Positions 1 to 11,659 are shown, counted from the first letter of the stretch. The stretch: 64,000 nt of DNA from Chlorokybus atmophyticus (GCA_009103225.1 RHPI01003491.1:414452-478451), one strand, 5' to 3'. Notes: a model not told the origin generated them from the sequence alone. Numbers and translations: made by a program.

Positions 1-575
1 GGTGAATGAGCATACAACTTGCGGATGCTATGCTCTAATTGGTACAAGCAAACACTCCGCAGCTAAACAACTACCAAGCCCATAGCAATGACAAACACAG
101 TGCACAATGGCATGCACAAATTTTCACATGGTAAGGGGTTCTTGGCAACCGAGGCGGCGCATTTGCAGTTCAAGTCTTGTCACAAGCTCTTAAATTTCAA
201 GTCTTTGAGTTTTAGAGTTTCCCAGTCACAGTGCCACCAGCTGATCCGGTGAACACTACGACTACTTACATACAAGTCGAATCGTGGATGTGCGAAACAT
301 AAGCTACCGATCATAGCGAGGCTATTTTTAAAGAAACCCCGAACTCGATATAAAACCTTGCTGATAGCTAGACTGAACAGCTACGCGCGGTACCTATGTA
401 GGTACAGCTACATACATACAGCTACGCGCTGTACACATGTAGCTTACGACCTAGTAGCAAATCATGCTACATATTAATCAGTCGCGCGCGCGGGGCGTAT
501 GCTCGTAGACCGGGCAGTGGTCGGGTTGCAAGCATACCGAGAAGAAATGGTGGTGGTGTTGTAAATGGCATGATA
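1..575 (-). repeat. Diverged LTR/terminal fragment related to the 5' end of the DNMT-Gypsy element
   Basis: Colinear blocks shared with 27458-28039 (ggtgaatgag; gtaaggg..ttcttggcaacc; cagttcaagtc..acaagctct; actcgatata; cagctacgcgcggt). Similarity stops at the same terminal motif (tggcatgata at 566-575 vs tggcatgaca at 28030-28039). Confidence 0.55.
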
Positions 576-1057
576 GGGATAATGAAAGACAACCATTAGC
601 TTGTTTAATATGTGTATATCAGGTGTGTAACATATGGTATAAACTACACACAATTTACTAAAAAGTTTGTTTATTCTGCTGAGCACATTCAGGCTGTTAC
701 AGTTTCAGACTCCATGTACAAATGAATCACTTATCGTCTCCTTAACCCTAACCCTATTTAAAATGTCACAATTCGATAGATTAATGGTCATTGACTTTTG
801 CATGTGTGAAGTATCAGTTCGTGACAAGTGATCATACGTAGCTTTGTTGGTACACATTCAGCTCATGAAAACTGATGTCACTATATATATGTTTTAGCCC
901 ACTGGAGCCCATTGTAGCCCACAATCACGCTCAACCATATCACATCATATAAAACAATAAAACCCAAAGTTGCAATGTAAGGCCGACCACCTAAGGTCAA
1001 AGCTTTCTCAACAACTTAACCGACCAATATAACTGAGCATCAGCCTACATGTGCATA

Positions 1058-1059
<2 letters not shown>

Positions 1060-1089
<30 letters not shown>

Positions 1090-1546
1090 NNNNNNNNNNN
1101 NNNNNNNNNNNNNNNNNNNNNNNNNNNNNNNNNNNNNNNNNNNNNNNNNNNNNNNNNNNNNNNNNNNNNNNNNNNNNNNNNNNNNNNNNNNNNNNNNNNN
1201 NNNNNNNNNNNNNNNNNNNNNNNNNNNNNNNNNNNNNNNNNNNNNNNNNNNNNNNNNNNNNNNNNNNNNNNNNNNNNNNNNNNNNNNNNNNNNNNNNNNN
1301 NNNNNNNNNNNNNNNNNNNNNNNNNNNNNNNNNNNNNNNNNNNNNNNNNNNNNNNNNNNNNNNNNNNNNNNNNNNNNNNNNNNNNNNNNNNNNNNNNNNN
1401 NNNNNNNNNNNNNNNNNNNNNNNNNNNNNNNNNNNNNNNNNNNNNNNNNNNNNNNNNNNNNNNNNNNNNNNNNNNNNNNNNNNNNNNNNNNNNNNNNNNN
1501 NNNNNNNNNNNNNNNNNNNNNNNNNNNNNNNNNNNNNNNNNNNNNN

Positions 1547-1582
<36 letters not shown>
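1060..1582. repeat. (TA)n microsatellite spanning an assembly gap (N 1090-1546)
   Basis: Pure TA dinucleotide runs on both sides of the N run. Confidence 0.95.
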
Positions 1583-1585
<3 letters not shown>

Positions 1586-2739
1586 ATGCAACCATGTATG
1601 CAAGACAGCACTACTCAGTCTCTAGTACAATCGTCACAGCATGGGATGTTTCAAGTCCTTCCCCTCAGAGCATGCCCCCAAAGACACCCGTGCAGAAGCT
1701 TGTGCCAGTGCATGCGTGTGTTGTGGCTTGCCAGTATATGTAATCACTGCTTGTCACACCGCACTGTCATTAGGTTGAGTTGCACTTCATTGCTTGCAGT
1801 AACTGCTACAAGCACAATAATTGCCTGTAGTGATTATTACAAGCGCAGTGATTGCCTACTAGTGATTGCGACGAACTTGCTAATCACTGATTTCACTACC
1901 CGATACTGGCCATCCCTGCGACTCGCCCATGTATCATTAGCTATACGCCAAGTCCGTAAGTCCCAACTTCGGATGTAGCTAACCTCTCCCTCTGTCTCAG
2001 TGCTGGAGGTTGGGACTTGTTCAAGACAGTTTAGAGGTAAGATTATGACATACTGATCTCACACTTGGAAAGTCCCAACAACCCCCCCTTTGCCTCAGTG
2101 TTGAAGATTGGGACCGTGCCTGGGACAAGCTTGAGTCAGGACATGTGGTGGGCCCACTCAGACTTGATTCAGCTTGGCAACACTCAAGATCCACTTTTTC
2201 CTGTTTTCGGACTGATTTGGATTCTGTTTTGAATTTTAGCCGACGTACAGTCATTGTGACCGTGTCGTTGAACCCGATCCTTTAATGATATTCTCACCAT
2301 CCCATTTTGTCTGTTTTGCAGACAAATGGAGGAAAAGCTCAATGCTCACCTCAAAGGAGGAGGGCTCAAGAAAAGAGCCACTTCCTTGTGAGGATGAGTC
2401 TCAACCCATGGAGGATATACCAAATCCTGATGATGACACCTGATGCGTCTCAAGCTACCAAAGCTTTGAATGATTCGGTTGACCCAGCAGGCCATTGCCA
2501 TCATTTTTTGAGGTTTTTATTCGTATGACAAAGCAGGAGTTAATGGACCACTTTCTTGGCACCTATAACATGGAACTTCCAGGTTGAACCTCGTGAGGCG
2601 ACTCTCTGGTGAACTTCATCTTCCAGATTGCAGAAATGGTCTGCATCCTCACCATGCTTTAAGGGGCGAGATTAAGCGGCACAAATGAATGAAAACACCG
2701 TGTTGTGGACATAAATGAGCGCCTTCAACGTACTGACGG

Positions 2740-2990
2740 CGCACTACTTGTTTAGGCCCTCGTTCGTCCTTCCGAGTATGCTCACAAAACGCAATTGGCC
2801 ATTTTTGATTGGCTCGTGAAGCTGAGACACTATGTCAACTCCCTTCGTAATTCTGAGGATGGGACGTTGCGTGTGGCTGAGTTGCGCATTCCAGATGATG
2901 CTCTCTCAGAGTGGCATTGCCGCAAACAATGCGACGCGAACCTCGAGCGGGAAGTGAGCCACTTGTGCGCTTTTATGGAGCAGCGCTATG
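2740..2990 (+). pseudogene. gag: gag fragment of chromoviral Gypsy family H
   Basis: AIFDWLVKLRHYVNSLRNSEDGTLRVAEL aligns with AIFDWLVKLRHYVNSLHISEEGKLRVAEL at about 51156-51340. Confidence 0.7.
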
Positions 2991-3427
2991 GTGGCACCAA
3001 CCCGCTCAACAAGCTTGCAACAAACTTCACAATGTGCGATAGAATGGCCATGCTGTTCAGTATCACATTTGAGACTTGCAATTCGGTATCAGCAAACTCA
3101 ATGTCGGCAAGTTGCCAATTAGTAAAGTTGAGTTCGACATGTTGTCGTGCCTGCCATGGTCGAGGGCAACCTTGTCTCGGACAGGCTGCGGAGGAGTGCT
3201 AGTGCTGCACGCATGCTAGTGCCGTGCATTGCATTGGAGTCATGCAAGCAAAAGACAACCCCCCAATCGTGGGCATAGGCTTGAAGATGAGCCTACGCGG
3301 TGTTCAGTGCAGTGGACGAGCCGATGCCGCTTGCCACCTTTGTGTACGGACTGTGTCCTAGTGCACACAGTCAACAAGCCACCCCCCCTGAGATTCTGGG
3401 GTAGCCCTCTGCTCCAGAACTCAGTTC

Positions 3428-5029
3428 CTATCGACTGTGTGGGGGACCGTTGATGCGGCAGTCATCGCACCAGTACTCCCACAAGGGTACTGCGTCCAGT
3501 GGAGGGTCAAGGCAGTAGCAGTGCATGCCTTGATTACAGCCGTCGCATAACATCATCAATGGGTCGTCGTCGGCGCTGCCACACTTCTCGCATCGGGTGC
3601 TGCGCAGCGGACGCGGGTGCTGGATCTTGGTGAAGCCAGCAATGTAGGGGAGATGACAGGGCGCACAGTTGACCATGTTGTCCTTCATGCGCTCGCCTCG
3701 TTGTCCCAACAGGTCCAGTACCCCTGTGGGGTGCACCTTCAATACCTTGTAGACAGCACGCCCGACGGAGGTATCGAGGGTGTCGCGTGTAGACGCCATA
3801 CGGTAGACGAAGTCTCCTGACTCGAAGCGGCGCTCCCGCTCCTTGTAGAAACCACTGCGCACACGCTCGTAACGCAGCGTGTCGCGGTGCTGCGCGATGC
3901 GCAGGTTGTTGAAGGCCATGGGGACTGTGTGTTCGAACAGCGCACTGCGCACTGTCAGATCATACAACATCTCGTCGGGGTTGTCGAGATTGTCCACCAC
4001 TCTGTCGACCTCCTGCTGTGCGCGGAAAGGGAGCAATGGCTGCCTTCCGAACAGTAGATAGTATGGGCTGTACTCTCGCAGGGCTGCCTGCTTGGACAGC
4101 CGGTAGCCCATTGCTACCCATGGGAGGTGATCATCCCAGGTATTCTTCTTGTAGGCGAGGACGTACTTGCGCAGTGCCTTCTTGATGGTCTGCACGGTAC
4201 GCTCGGCGAGGCCGTCGGCCTGCGGGTGGTTGCGTGAGTTGCGACGGTGGTCGATGAAGCATCTGTCGATAAGCTTGTCGAAGGCTCCTCTAAACTCCGT
4301 GCCCTGGTCGGTGATGACTTCAGCGCAGCTGCCGAAGCGTCCGAGTACATGGGAGAGGAAAGCCTGGGCTACTCCCTCACTGCTCTTGTCGGGCAGGGGC
4401 ACCAGCCCACCCACTTGGAGAAGTGCTCGATCATGACGAGGATGTAGCGGTTGCCTCGCGCTGAGGGCGCTAGGTCTCCGAGGATGTCCAGTCCCCAGCG
4501 GTAGAACAACCCGAAAATGGGAAGGGGATGCAAGGTGGCGTTGCGCATGTTGAGGCTGGCGCGAACCATGTCACACTGCTGACAGTTGCTGACGAACTCC
4601 CGCACCTGTCTGTGCACCCTATACCACCAGTACTGGGTCCTGACCAGGCTTACCGTGCGCTTGACACCGAAGTGCCCGAGCTCGGTGTGAAGGGAGGAGA
4701 TGATGCCTTCACGTGCAGCTGGTGTGGGGACCTCCTGATCTGCATCTTGCATTCGTTGATACAGCCTGTCGTTGGCCCAGCGGTAACGCTGAGTGCGTTG
4801 CCGGACGCGGTCCTTCTCGCGTGCGCTCATGCCTGCTGATAGTTGTCTAGTCTGAAGCAGTGCGAGGGATGGCTCGTCCAGCCAGATGTCTTGTCGTGTG
4901 TCGGTGGGTGCCAGCTCTTCATCATCCACCTCAGGGTCGGCAGCGATCGCTTCTTCTGATAAAGGATCTGTGGTGGTGATGGCGGGCTCGAGAGCGGGCA
5001 TGTCCCCGTCTGCTGCTGCCTCAGCGATC
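3428..5029 (-). pseudogene. pol: Gypsy integrase with C-terminal PHD finger (1-nt frameshift near 4410)
   Basis: HTELGH..YWW..CQQC zinc finger; WGLDILG, ITDQGTEF, DGLAERTVQ catalytic core; terminal CEKC..LCDGC..HCYC..WCDDC (C4HC3). ORFs 4369-5109 and 3428-4414 join by a frameshift at KWV(E)LVPLP. Confidence 0.9.
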
Positions 5030-5453
5030 TGTTGAAGGACTAGCATGCACATGTAGCTGAGGCAAGCATAGATGCACAGAGACAGAGCTACCGCCACCAG
5101 AGCATACACAAGTCACATCACATTCATCTATTACAAGTTGTCCGCTGGTTCTTATACCAGCCAGTTACACACACGTCTACGTTTGCAAGCACTGCGTAAG
5201 CTATACTCAGCCTTTTGACGCGCTCTAAGCTGTGTTGTCTTCCTTACAACCAGAGCTTTCCAACAAGCTCTTACACGCCTAATATGAGTAAGTATACGCG
5301 GAGATATGAAGCAGTTAGTAAGGCTCCAGTCTGGAGTCCGGAGTCTGGTCCGACGATGCCATCTTGCTAAGTCCGGACCTAGTGCTCGTCCTTACGACCT
5401 TCTACTCCTGTGTGGAGGGTCGATGCTGATCGTATGTAGGAATACTCTCAACA
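5030..5453 (-). repeat. Copia copy 1, 3' LTR
   Basis: tgttgaagg...ctctcaaca; preceded on the element strand by the purine tract gcgtgggag. Confidence 0.95.
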
Positions 5454-5495
5454 CTCCCACGCGAGCAGCTTGACCTCCAACGCTTGCTCCTGTAG

Positions 5496-8400
5496 TCAAA
5501 CACAGATGCCAAGTCCTGCACAACAAGTCTTGAACTTGAGTGGTGACAATGGCTTTGTCATGAAGTCCGCCAGCATGCCCTCGGTGTTGCAGTACTGGAA
5601 CTCCACCTCCTTCCTTGTGACTCTGTCACGCACAAAGTGATGCATGACATCAATGTGCTTCGTCCTTGCCGAGGCGATAGGGTGCTTCAACAACTTGATG
5701 GCTCCTTGGTTGTCACAGTTGATGACGATGCACGCCATGGGGTGCTCCAAGTCTGCCATGAGCTTGCGAAGCCAGAGTGCCTCCTTCACTGCTGCTGCCG
5801 CTGCCATGTACTCAGCCTCTGATGTAGATGCTGCTGTTGTTGGCTGCAGCCTGCTGTTCCAGCTCACCACGCCTCCGTTCAGCTTGAAGACGTAGCCTGT
5901 AGTGGACCTCCTGCTGTTGAGGTCACCAGCAAAGTCCGAGTCGCAGTAGCCCTCCAACTCAGTGCTCCCGCTCCCAAACTTGATGCCAACTGTTGCGCTC
6001 CCAGCAACATAGCGTAGTACTCCCTTTGCTGCTCTCCAGTGCTCCATGCTCGGTGCAGACATGTAGCGAGCAAGTACTCCCACAGCATGTGCAACATCGG
6101 GACGTGTGCACACTGCCAGATAGAGCATGCTGCCTACCAGCTCACCATATGGATACTGAGCCTTGTCGAGTACCTCCTCATCCTTTGCCTTGATGAGGGC
6201 AGTGCCAAGTGCCAACGGTGTGGTCTTGGTCTTCGCTTCAGTGAGCCCAAACTTGGTGACGAGTCTTCTCACCATCTGCTCCTGACTGATCTTGATTGTG
6301 CGAGCCGCCCTGTCGCGCTCAATCACCATGCCAAGGAACCACTTGGCCTCTCCAAGATCACGAACTGAGAATGCTTGCTGTAGAGCAAGTTTCGTCTCCT
6401 GCAGGTGGTGCACCTGCCTGGCGGTGATGATGATATCATCAACATACACGAGCAGCCAGACCTTGTTGTCTGCATGGATGAAGAGCCCAGGGTCTGCAGA
6501 GGATGCGGTGAAGCCAAGTGCCTCCAGCTCCTTGGTGAGCTTGATGTGCCACATACGCGGTGCCTGTCGCAGCCCGTACAGTGCCTTGATCAGCTTGCAC
6601 GCTGTGCCTCTCTCCCCTTCTTCATATCCAGGTGGTTGCTCGATGAAGATCTCCTCCTCCAGCTCTCCGTAGAGGAAGGCAGTCTTCACATCCAGGTGAT
6701 GCAGCTCTAGGTCTTCAGCAGCAACCATAGCTAGCAGTGCACGGAAGGTGGTATGCTTACTTGCAGGTGCAAACACTTCGTTGAAGTCCACACCTTCCTG
6801 CTGCAAGAAGCCCTTTGCCACCAGTCTTGCCTTGTAGCGCTCAATGTTGCCCTGACCATCACGCTTCACCTTGAAGACCCATTTCACTGGAATGGTCTTC
6901 ACTCCTTGCGGTAACTGCTCCAGTGACCAAGTGTTGTTGGCATGGAGTGACGCAATCTCCTCGTCCATAGCACGCTGCCATTGCTCCGCATCTGGTGCTA
7001 ACAATGCCTCCTCGTAGGTGCTTGGCTCCTCATTCTGCACACTGGCGACGTGTGCCTTGTGTAGGAAGTCAGGTGCCTTTCTCTCCCTCACTGGGTATCT
7101 CCGAGCTGCGTGCTCCTGCTGCAGGTGCGACTGCTTGTCTGCTACAGTGGAGTCCTGCTCACCCTTATCGTCGATGATGGCCTTGCCTGTAGCCTCCACT
7201 GTTTCAGGATGCTCCGGCTGTGCTTCATCTTCAGGAAAGAAGCCTGCTTCTGGTTGTGATAATCCCTCGTGGAAAACCACCTCTCTGCTCACGATGATCT
7301 TCTGAGTGTCCTCGAGCAAGATCCTGTAAGCCTTGGAACCCGGTTCATAGCCAACGAAGATGCCCTTCTTGCTGACCGGCTCCAGCTTGTGCCTGAGCTG
7401 TTTAGGCACTAGTGCATATGCCGTGCATCCAAACACACGCATACCACTCACATCTGGTGTGGCTCCATAGAAGTGCTCCCACGGAGTCTTCTGCTCTGAG
7501 CTCACCGGAGACCTGTTGCGGATGTAGTTGGCAGTGAGTACCGCCTCCTTCCACAAACTGTCTTCCATCTTTGTGTCGTTGAGCATAGCTCGAACACGCT
7601 CCAAGAGTGTCCTGTTGAGGCGTTCAGCTGCTCCATTCTGCTGCGGGGTGTAAGGTGCCGTTGTCTCGTGGCGTATGCCCTTGCTGGCGAAGAACTCCTT
7701 CAACTCCTTGTTGATGTACTCCCCTCCTCGATCACTCCTCATTGCCTTCATCTTGTTGCCAGACTGGGTCTCCAACAAGGCCACGACTGTGCGCACAGCT
7801 CCAGCAACTTCTGACTTGAGCGTCAATGGAAAGATGATGGACAGCTTGCTGTAGTCGTCGAGGAACGTAGCAAAGTACCTGGCCCCTCCCTTCGCCACAA
7901 TGCGCATAGGGCCACAGACATCCATGTGCACAAGCTCGCAAGGATGCTGACTGCTAGAAGAGGATGATGGGAATGGCATAGCATGCTGCTTTGCAACCAG
8001 ACATGGTTCACAAAGTGCACCTGATGCTGTCTTGAGTTCTTCTGTGCTGAGATGGATGCCCTTGACCATCTTCTCAGCGACAAGGCGAGTGAGGTTGACG
8101 TAGCTGAGATGCCCGAACCTTCGATGCCACAATGTTGGCGACTCCTTGTCCTTCACCACCATGGCTTGAATGTCTCTGTCTTGAGGCTGCTCCACGTGGT
8201 AGAGCCCTCCCGGATCAGCGATTCCAACCATGTGCACGACCCCATCAAGGATGACTGAGCAGCCACCCTTCCGAAATAGGATCTCCGCGCCTAAGCGCTC
8301 CGCAACCCTCACAGAGAATAGACTCGCAATAGCCTTAGGAACATGCAGGACGTTGCGTAACAACACCTCGCGTAGTGTGTTACCAACCTTGCACTGGAGT

Positions 8401-9383
8401 CGTACGTCGCCAACTCCCTCAGCCACCAGTACTTCGCCACCGAAGCCCGCCACCTTGATTGTGGACGTCAGCTTCCTGTAGCCCTCCATCACCTCCTTGT
8501 TTGGTGTGAGATGACGATCGCAGCCAGAGTCCACCACCCAGAAAGCTGTGCCCGCCCTCGAACTGGATGCAGTGAAGGCGACATGTTTCTCCTTGTGTTG
8601 GTGCTCGTTGCCGCTGTTGCTGGTGCTTGCTCTAGGTTGCCCCTGTTGTTTCTTCCTACAGTCCTTCACAATGTGCCCCTTCCAACCACACCAGTGGCAT
8701 GTGAGGTCTTTGTGACGAGGATTGCCTGGCTTGTTGCCCTTGTACTTCTCTTCATGGTTGCTCTTCTTTGCGTGCTTGCCGGTGTAGAAGGCGACGGCAT
8801 CCGCTTGCTCGTCCTTCTTCACAACCCTCTGCTCCACGGTGAGCAGCTTCGGTAGCACATCGTCCAACGTCAACTCCGATGATGACGTCTCCAGCAGGGT
8901 TGCGACGACCTCGTACTCTGCTGGTAGCCCTGCAACAATGGCCAGCACTACCTCCGTCTCCCCCATGTTGTGGCCGACGTTGATGAGGTCCGCCCACAGC
9001 TCTCTCGCGCGCGCAACATACTTTGTGATGGGTTCTGCTGCCTCCTTCCTGAGTGCGCTGAGCTGCTTGCGTAGATGCAACTTTCTGGCATTGTTCTTGG
9101 CTCTGAAAACGGCTGATAGCTTTTCCCAAGCTTGTCTACCATCTTCACATGCAGTGAGCATGGGAAAGTGATGCGGTTTGCTGTTCAACACAAGCAAAGA
9201 GTGTGCTTCTGCTGAATGCTCTGACCACACAGTGTTCGCTCCTGGTGTTGGTGGTGGTGCCTTCGGATCAACGTACTTCCACACCTTCTTGTGGATGAGC
9301 AAGGCCTTCATCTCCACGCACCATGTGTTGTAGTTGTCGGTGTCCAGCTTTGCAATCTGCCCCTTGTCGTAGGTCGCCTCCAT
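5496..9383 (-). CDS. gag-pol: Copia Gag-Pol polyprotein (about 1295 aa from MEATYDKG)
   Basis: CHWCGWKGHIVKDC knuckle; VVDSGC protease; LWHRRFGH..CEPC; MDVCGP/SDRGGEY/NGAAERLNR integrase; YVDD RT; CDSDFAG/EAEY/CDNQ RNase H, in Copia order with no stops. Confidence 0.95.
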   Translation of the reverse strand: MEATYDKGQIAKLDTDNYNTWCVEMKALLIHKKVWKYVDPKAPPPTPGANTVWSEHSAEAHSLLVLNSKPHHFPMLTACEDGRQAWEKLSAVFRAKNNARKLHLRKQLSALRKEAAEPITKYVARARELWADLINVGHNMGETEVVLAIVAGLPAEYEVVATLLETSSSELTLDDVLPKLLTVEQRVVKKDEQADAVAFYTGKHAKKSNHEEKYKGNKPGNPRHKDLTCHWCGWKGHIVKDCRKKQQGQPRASTSNSGNEHQHKEKHVAFTASSSRAGTAFWVVDSGCDRHLTPNKEVMEGYRKLTSTIKVAGFGGEVLVAEGVGDVRLQCKVGNTLREVLLRNVLHVPKAIASLFSVRVAERLGAEILFRKGGCSVILDGVVHMVGIADPGGLYHVEQPQDRDIQAMVVKDKESPTLWHRRFGHLSYVNLTRLVAEKMVKGIHLSTEELKTASGALCEPCLVAKQHAMPFPSSSSSSQHPCELVHMDVCGPMRIVAKGGARYFATFLDDYSKLSIIFPLTLKSEVAGAVRTVVALLETQSGNKMKAMRSDRGGEYINKELKEFFASKGIRHETTAPYTPQQNGAAERLNRTLLERVRAMLNDTKMEDSLWKEAVLTANYIRNRSPVSSEQKTPWEHFYGATPDVSGMRVFGCTAYALVPKQLRHKLEPVSKKGIFVGYEPGSKAYRILLEDTQKIIVSREVVFHEGLSQPEAGFFPEDEAQPEHPETVEATGKAIIDDKGEQDSTVADKQSHLQQEHAARRYPVRERKAPDFLHKAHVASVQNEEPSTYEEALLAPDAEQWQRAMDEEIASLHANNTWSLEQLPQGVKTIPVKWVFKVKRDGQGNIERYKARLVAKGFLQQEGVDFNEVFAPASKHTTFRALLAMVAAEDLELHHLDVKTAFLYGELEEEIFIEQPPGYEEGERGTACKLIKALYGLRQAPRMWHIKLTKELEALGFTASSADPGLFIHADNKVWLLVYVDDIIITARQVHHLQETKLALQQAFSVRDLGEAKWFLGMVIERDRAARTIKISQEQMVRRLVTKFGLTEAKTKTTPLALGTALIKAKDEEVLDKAQYPYGELVGSMLYLAVCTRPDVAHAVGVLARYMSAPSMEHWRAAKGVLRYVAGSATVGIKFGSGSTELEGYCDSDFAGDLNSRRSTTGYVFKLNGGVVSWNSRLQPTTAASTSEAEYMAAAAAVKEALWLRKLMADLEHPMACIVINCDNQGAIKLLKHPIASARTKHIDVMHHFVRDRVTRKEVEFQYCNTEGMLADFMTKPLSPLKFKTCCAGLGICV

Positions 9384-9496
9384 TTCTGTCGAGCCTGCCT
9401 TTCTTGCAGTTGACACCCAAGGCTCTGCTACCAACAAGCTACCGTAGTGTAGAACTACTATGCACACAAGCTAGTCTCACACTCCTCAAGCGTAGT

Positions 9497-9510
9497 GTGG
9501 GCCCATAACC
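9497..9510 (-). promoter_or_regulatory. Primer binding site GGTTATGGGCCCAC (internal, half-tRNA-iMet type)
   Basis: Abuts the 5' LTR and is complementary to the anticodon stem-loop of initiator tRNA-Met. Same site at 16938-16951 (-) and 21511-21524 (+). Confidence 0.85.
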
Positions 9511-9934
9511 TGTTGAAGGACTAGCATGCACATGTAGTTGAGGCAAGCATAGACACACAGAGACAGAGCTACCGCCACCAGAGCATACACAAGTCACATC
9601 ACATTCATCTATTACAAGTTGTCCGCTGGTTCTTATACCAGCCAGTTACACACACGTCTACGTTTGCAAGCACTGCGTAAGCTATACTCAGCCTTTTGAC
9701 GCGCTCTAAGCTGTGTTGTCTTCCTTACAACCAGAGCTTTCCAACAAGCTCTTACACGCCTAATATGAGTAAGTATACGCGGAGATATGAAGCAGTTAGT
9801 AAGGCTCCAGTCTGGAGTCCGGAGTCTGGTCCGACGATGCCATCTTGCTAAGTCCGGACCTAGTGCTCGTCCTTACGACCTTCTACTCCTGTGTGGAGGG
9901 TCGATGCTGATCGTATGTAGGAATACTCTCAACA
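9511..9934 (-). repeat. Copia copy 1, 5' LTR
   Basis: 424 bp, near-identical to 5030-5453. Confidence 0.95.
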
Positions 9935-9938
9935 CGAT

Positions 9939-11370
9939 CTAAGTCCTGCGTCCTGAGCGTAGCGCAGCGACAGCCAACATGGTGGCCACACCTGAAGGTG
10001 CAGCTGTAGGACCCAACTCATGTCGGGCGCCTGTGGCGTCGTCGGTGCTGAGGTGGGGTTTACGGCTGAGGCCATCCGCATCCTGGTTGGCAAGGCCTGC
10101 GCGGTGTTCCACCTCGAAGTCGTACTCCTGGAGCAGCAGCGCCCATCGTGCTAACTTGCCTGTCAAGTGCTGGTTGTTCATTAGCCACTTGAGGGGTTGA
10201 TGGTCAGTGACCAGTTGGAACTCCCGTCCAAACAGGAAGGGTCGGAAGAAGGAGATGGCCCACACTGCGGCGGGACACTCCCCTTCGTAGCTGCTGTAGT
10301 TGGCCTCAGCACTGTTGTTGCTGCGGCTGGCGTACGACACTACGCGCTCCTTCTTGTTGTTGTCGTGCTGTACGAGCACGGCCCCCATGCCGAGCTTGCT
10401 CCAGTCTGTGTGCAGGATGAACGACCTGGTGTAGTCAGGGCGTTGCAGAATGGGAGCTGTGGTAAGGCGGACCTTCAGCTCCTGAAAGGCCTCCTGTTGT
10501 GCCTCCTTCCACAAGAACTCGGTGTCCTTCTTCAGTAGTTCGTTGAGAGGCCTTGCGATCTTGGCAAACTCCTTGACAAACCGGCGGTAATAGTTGGCAA
10601 GGCCAAGGAAGGCCCGCAGCCGAGTGAGGTCTGTGGGGGCAGGGATAGCCACCAGTGCCTCCACTTTGGCCTGCTGTACGTACACACCATGGGGCACAAT
10701 CATGTGTCCTAGGTAGGGTACGTTGTGGGTGAAGAAGGTGCACTTGTCAGGGTGCACCGTCATCCCGACTTCCTTCAGCCTCTGTAGCACCTCTTCGAGG
10801 TGCTGGAGATGCTCCTCATTGCTGTGACTGAAGAGGAGGATGTCGTCAATGTAGCAGCGTGCGAAGTCCAACCCCTTGAGGGCTTTGTCCATGACGCGCT
10901 GGAACTTGGCCGGAGCGTTCTTCAGTCCGAAGGGCATGACCTTCCACTGGTACAGCTGCCGGTTTCCCCAGAAGAAAGTTTTGTGCTTGTCCTCCTCCTT
11001 GATGGCGATCTGGTTGTACCCTTGACGCATATCCAGGATACTAAAGACCGTGCAGTCTCCTACATCGTCAAAGATGACTTCTGCGGTAGGCATTGGAGAC
11101 CTGTCCTGCTTGGTCTTGTTGTTGAGGGGGCGATAGTTGCCAGACATGCGCCGGTCTGTCCAGTTGCCTGCTGAATCTTTCTTCAGGGGCATGACGGTCG
11201 CAGCCGCAAAGTCCGATGTGGACTCCTCGATCAGGCCTGCATCTAGCAGCGCCTTGCACCTCTGTTCCACCAAATCTTCTTCTAGCTTGGAGAGGCGGTA
11301 CTGTCTTCTGAATACCGGTTCGGTGTCCACTAGTTGAATGTCCATCTGGTATGCTGAGAGATGCCCAGCT
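9939..11370 (-). pseudogene. pol: Gypsy reverse transcriptase + RNase H
   Basis: KKDSAGNWTDRRM, FSILDMRQGYNQI, MPFGLKNAPAKFQ, CYIDDILLFS; RNase H FILHTDWS, EGEC, TDHQPL, ADGLSR. 1-nt frameshift near 11365 from the upstream DNMT frame; TAG at 9939-9941. Confidence 0.92.
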
Positions 11371-11659
11371 CCTTCACACTGAAGCTGAATTGGCTCCTCC
11401 ACTTGTTGAGGAGAGCCTCGAGTTGCTCTCGAGTCTGGCCTGTGGCCAGCGATCCAATGGCGTGGAACCACGAGGTAGCGTTGGCGACCACTGGAATGTC
11501 TTCCACAGTGACTGCTGCCTGCTCCTCCATGTGGGCGGTCTCGAGGGCGGTGTGTGCTGCTTTGGTCTCTGAAAAGCGAGCAATCCACCCCCCAGCCAGG
11601 TGTTCGAGCTCCTGGAAGGACACATGGCGGTCCTGGAGAGCAAAGCACATTTCCAAGTA

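Larger units (their letters stand above)
5030..9934 (-). mobile_element. Intact Ty1/Copia element, copy 1 (TSD CGATC)
   Basis: 424-bp TG..CA LTRs at 5030-5453 and 9511-9934 (3 differences seen); CGATC at 5025-5029 and 9935-9939; PBS and PPT adjacent to the LTRs; single long ORF. Confidence 0.97.

Noticed and set aside
1-575. Window start as the 3' LTR of the DNMT-Gypsy element
   Set aside because: Too diverged from 27458-28039, has no adjacent PPT, and is separated from the element by unrelated fragments and a gap.
1040-1978. ORFs with IYIY and poly-X runs
   Set aside because: Artefacts of translating the (TA)n tract and the N gap.
1950-2092. Possible PPT (AAAGGGGGGGT) plus LTR start TGTTGGGACT on the minus strand
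   Set aside because: No second copy or linked coding domain in the window, so it cannot be supported.
3376-3390. Purine tract AGGGGGGGTGG after the PHD stop as the PPT and start of a 3' LTR
   Set aside because: The sequence that follows does not match the 5' terminus at 28039 or any part of 27250-28039; the 3' LTR is left as not found.
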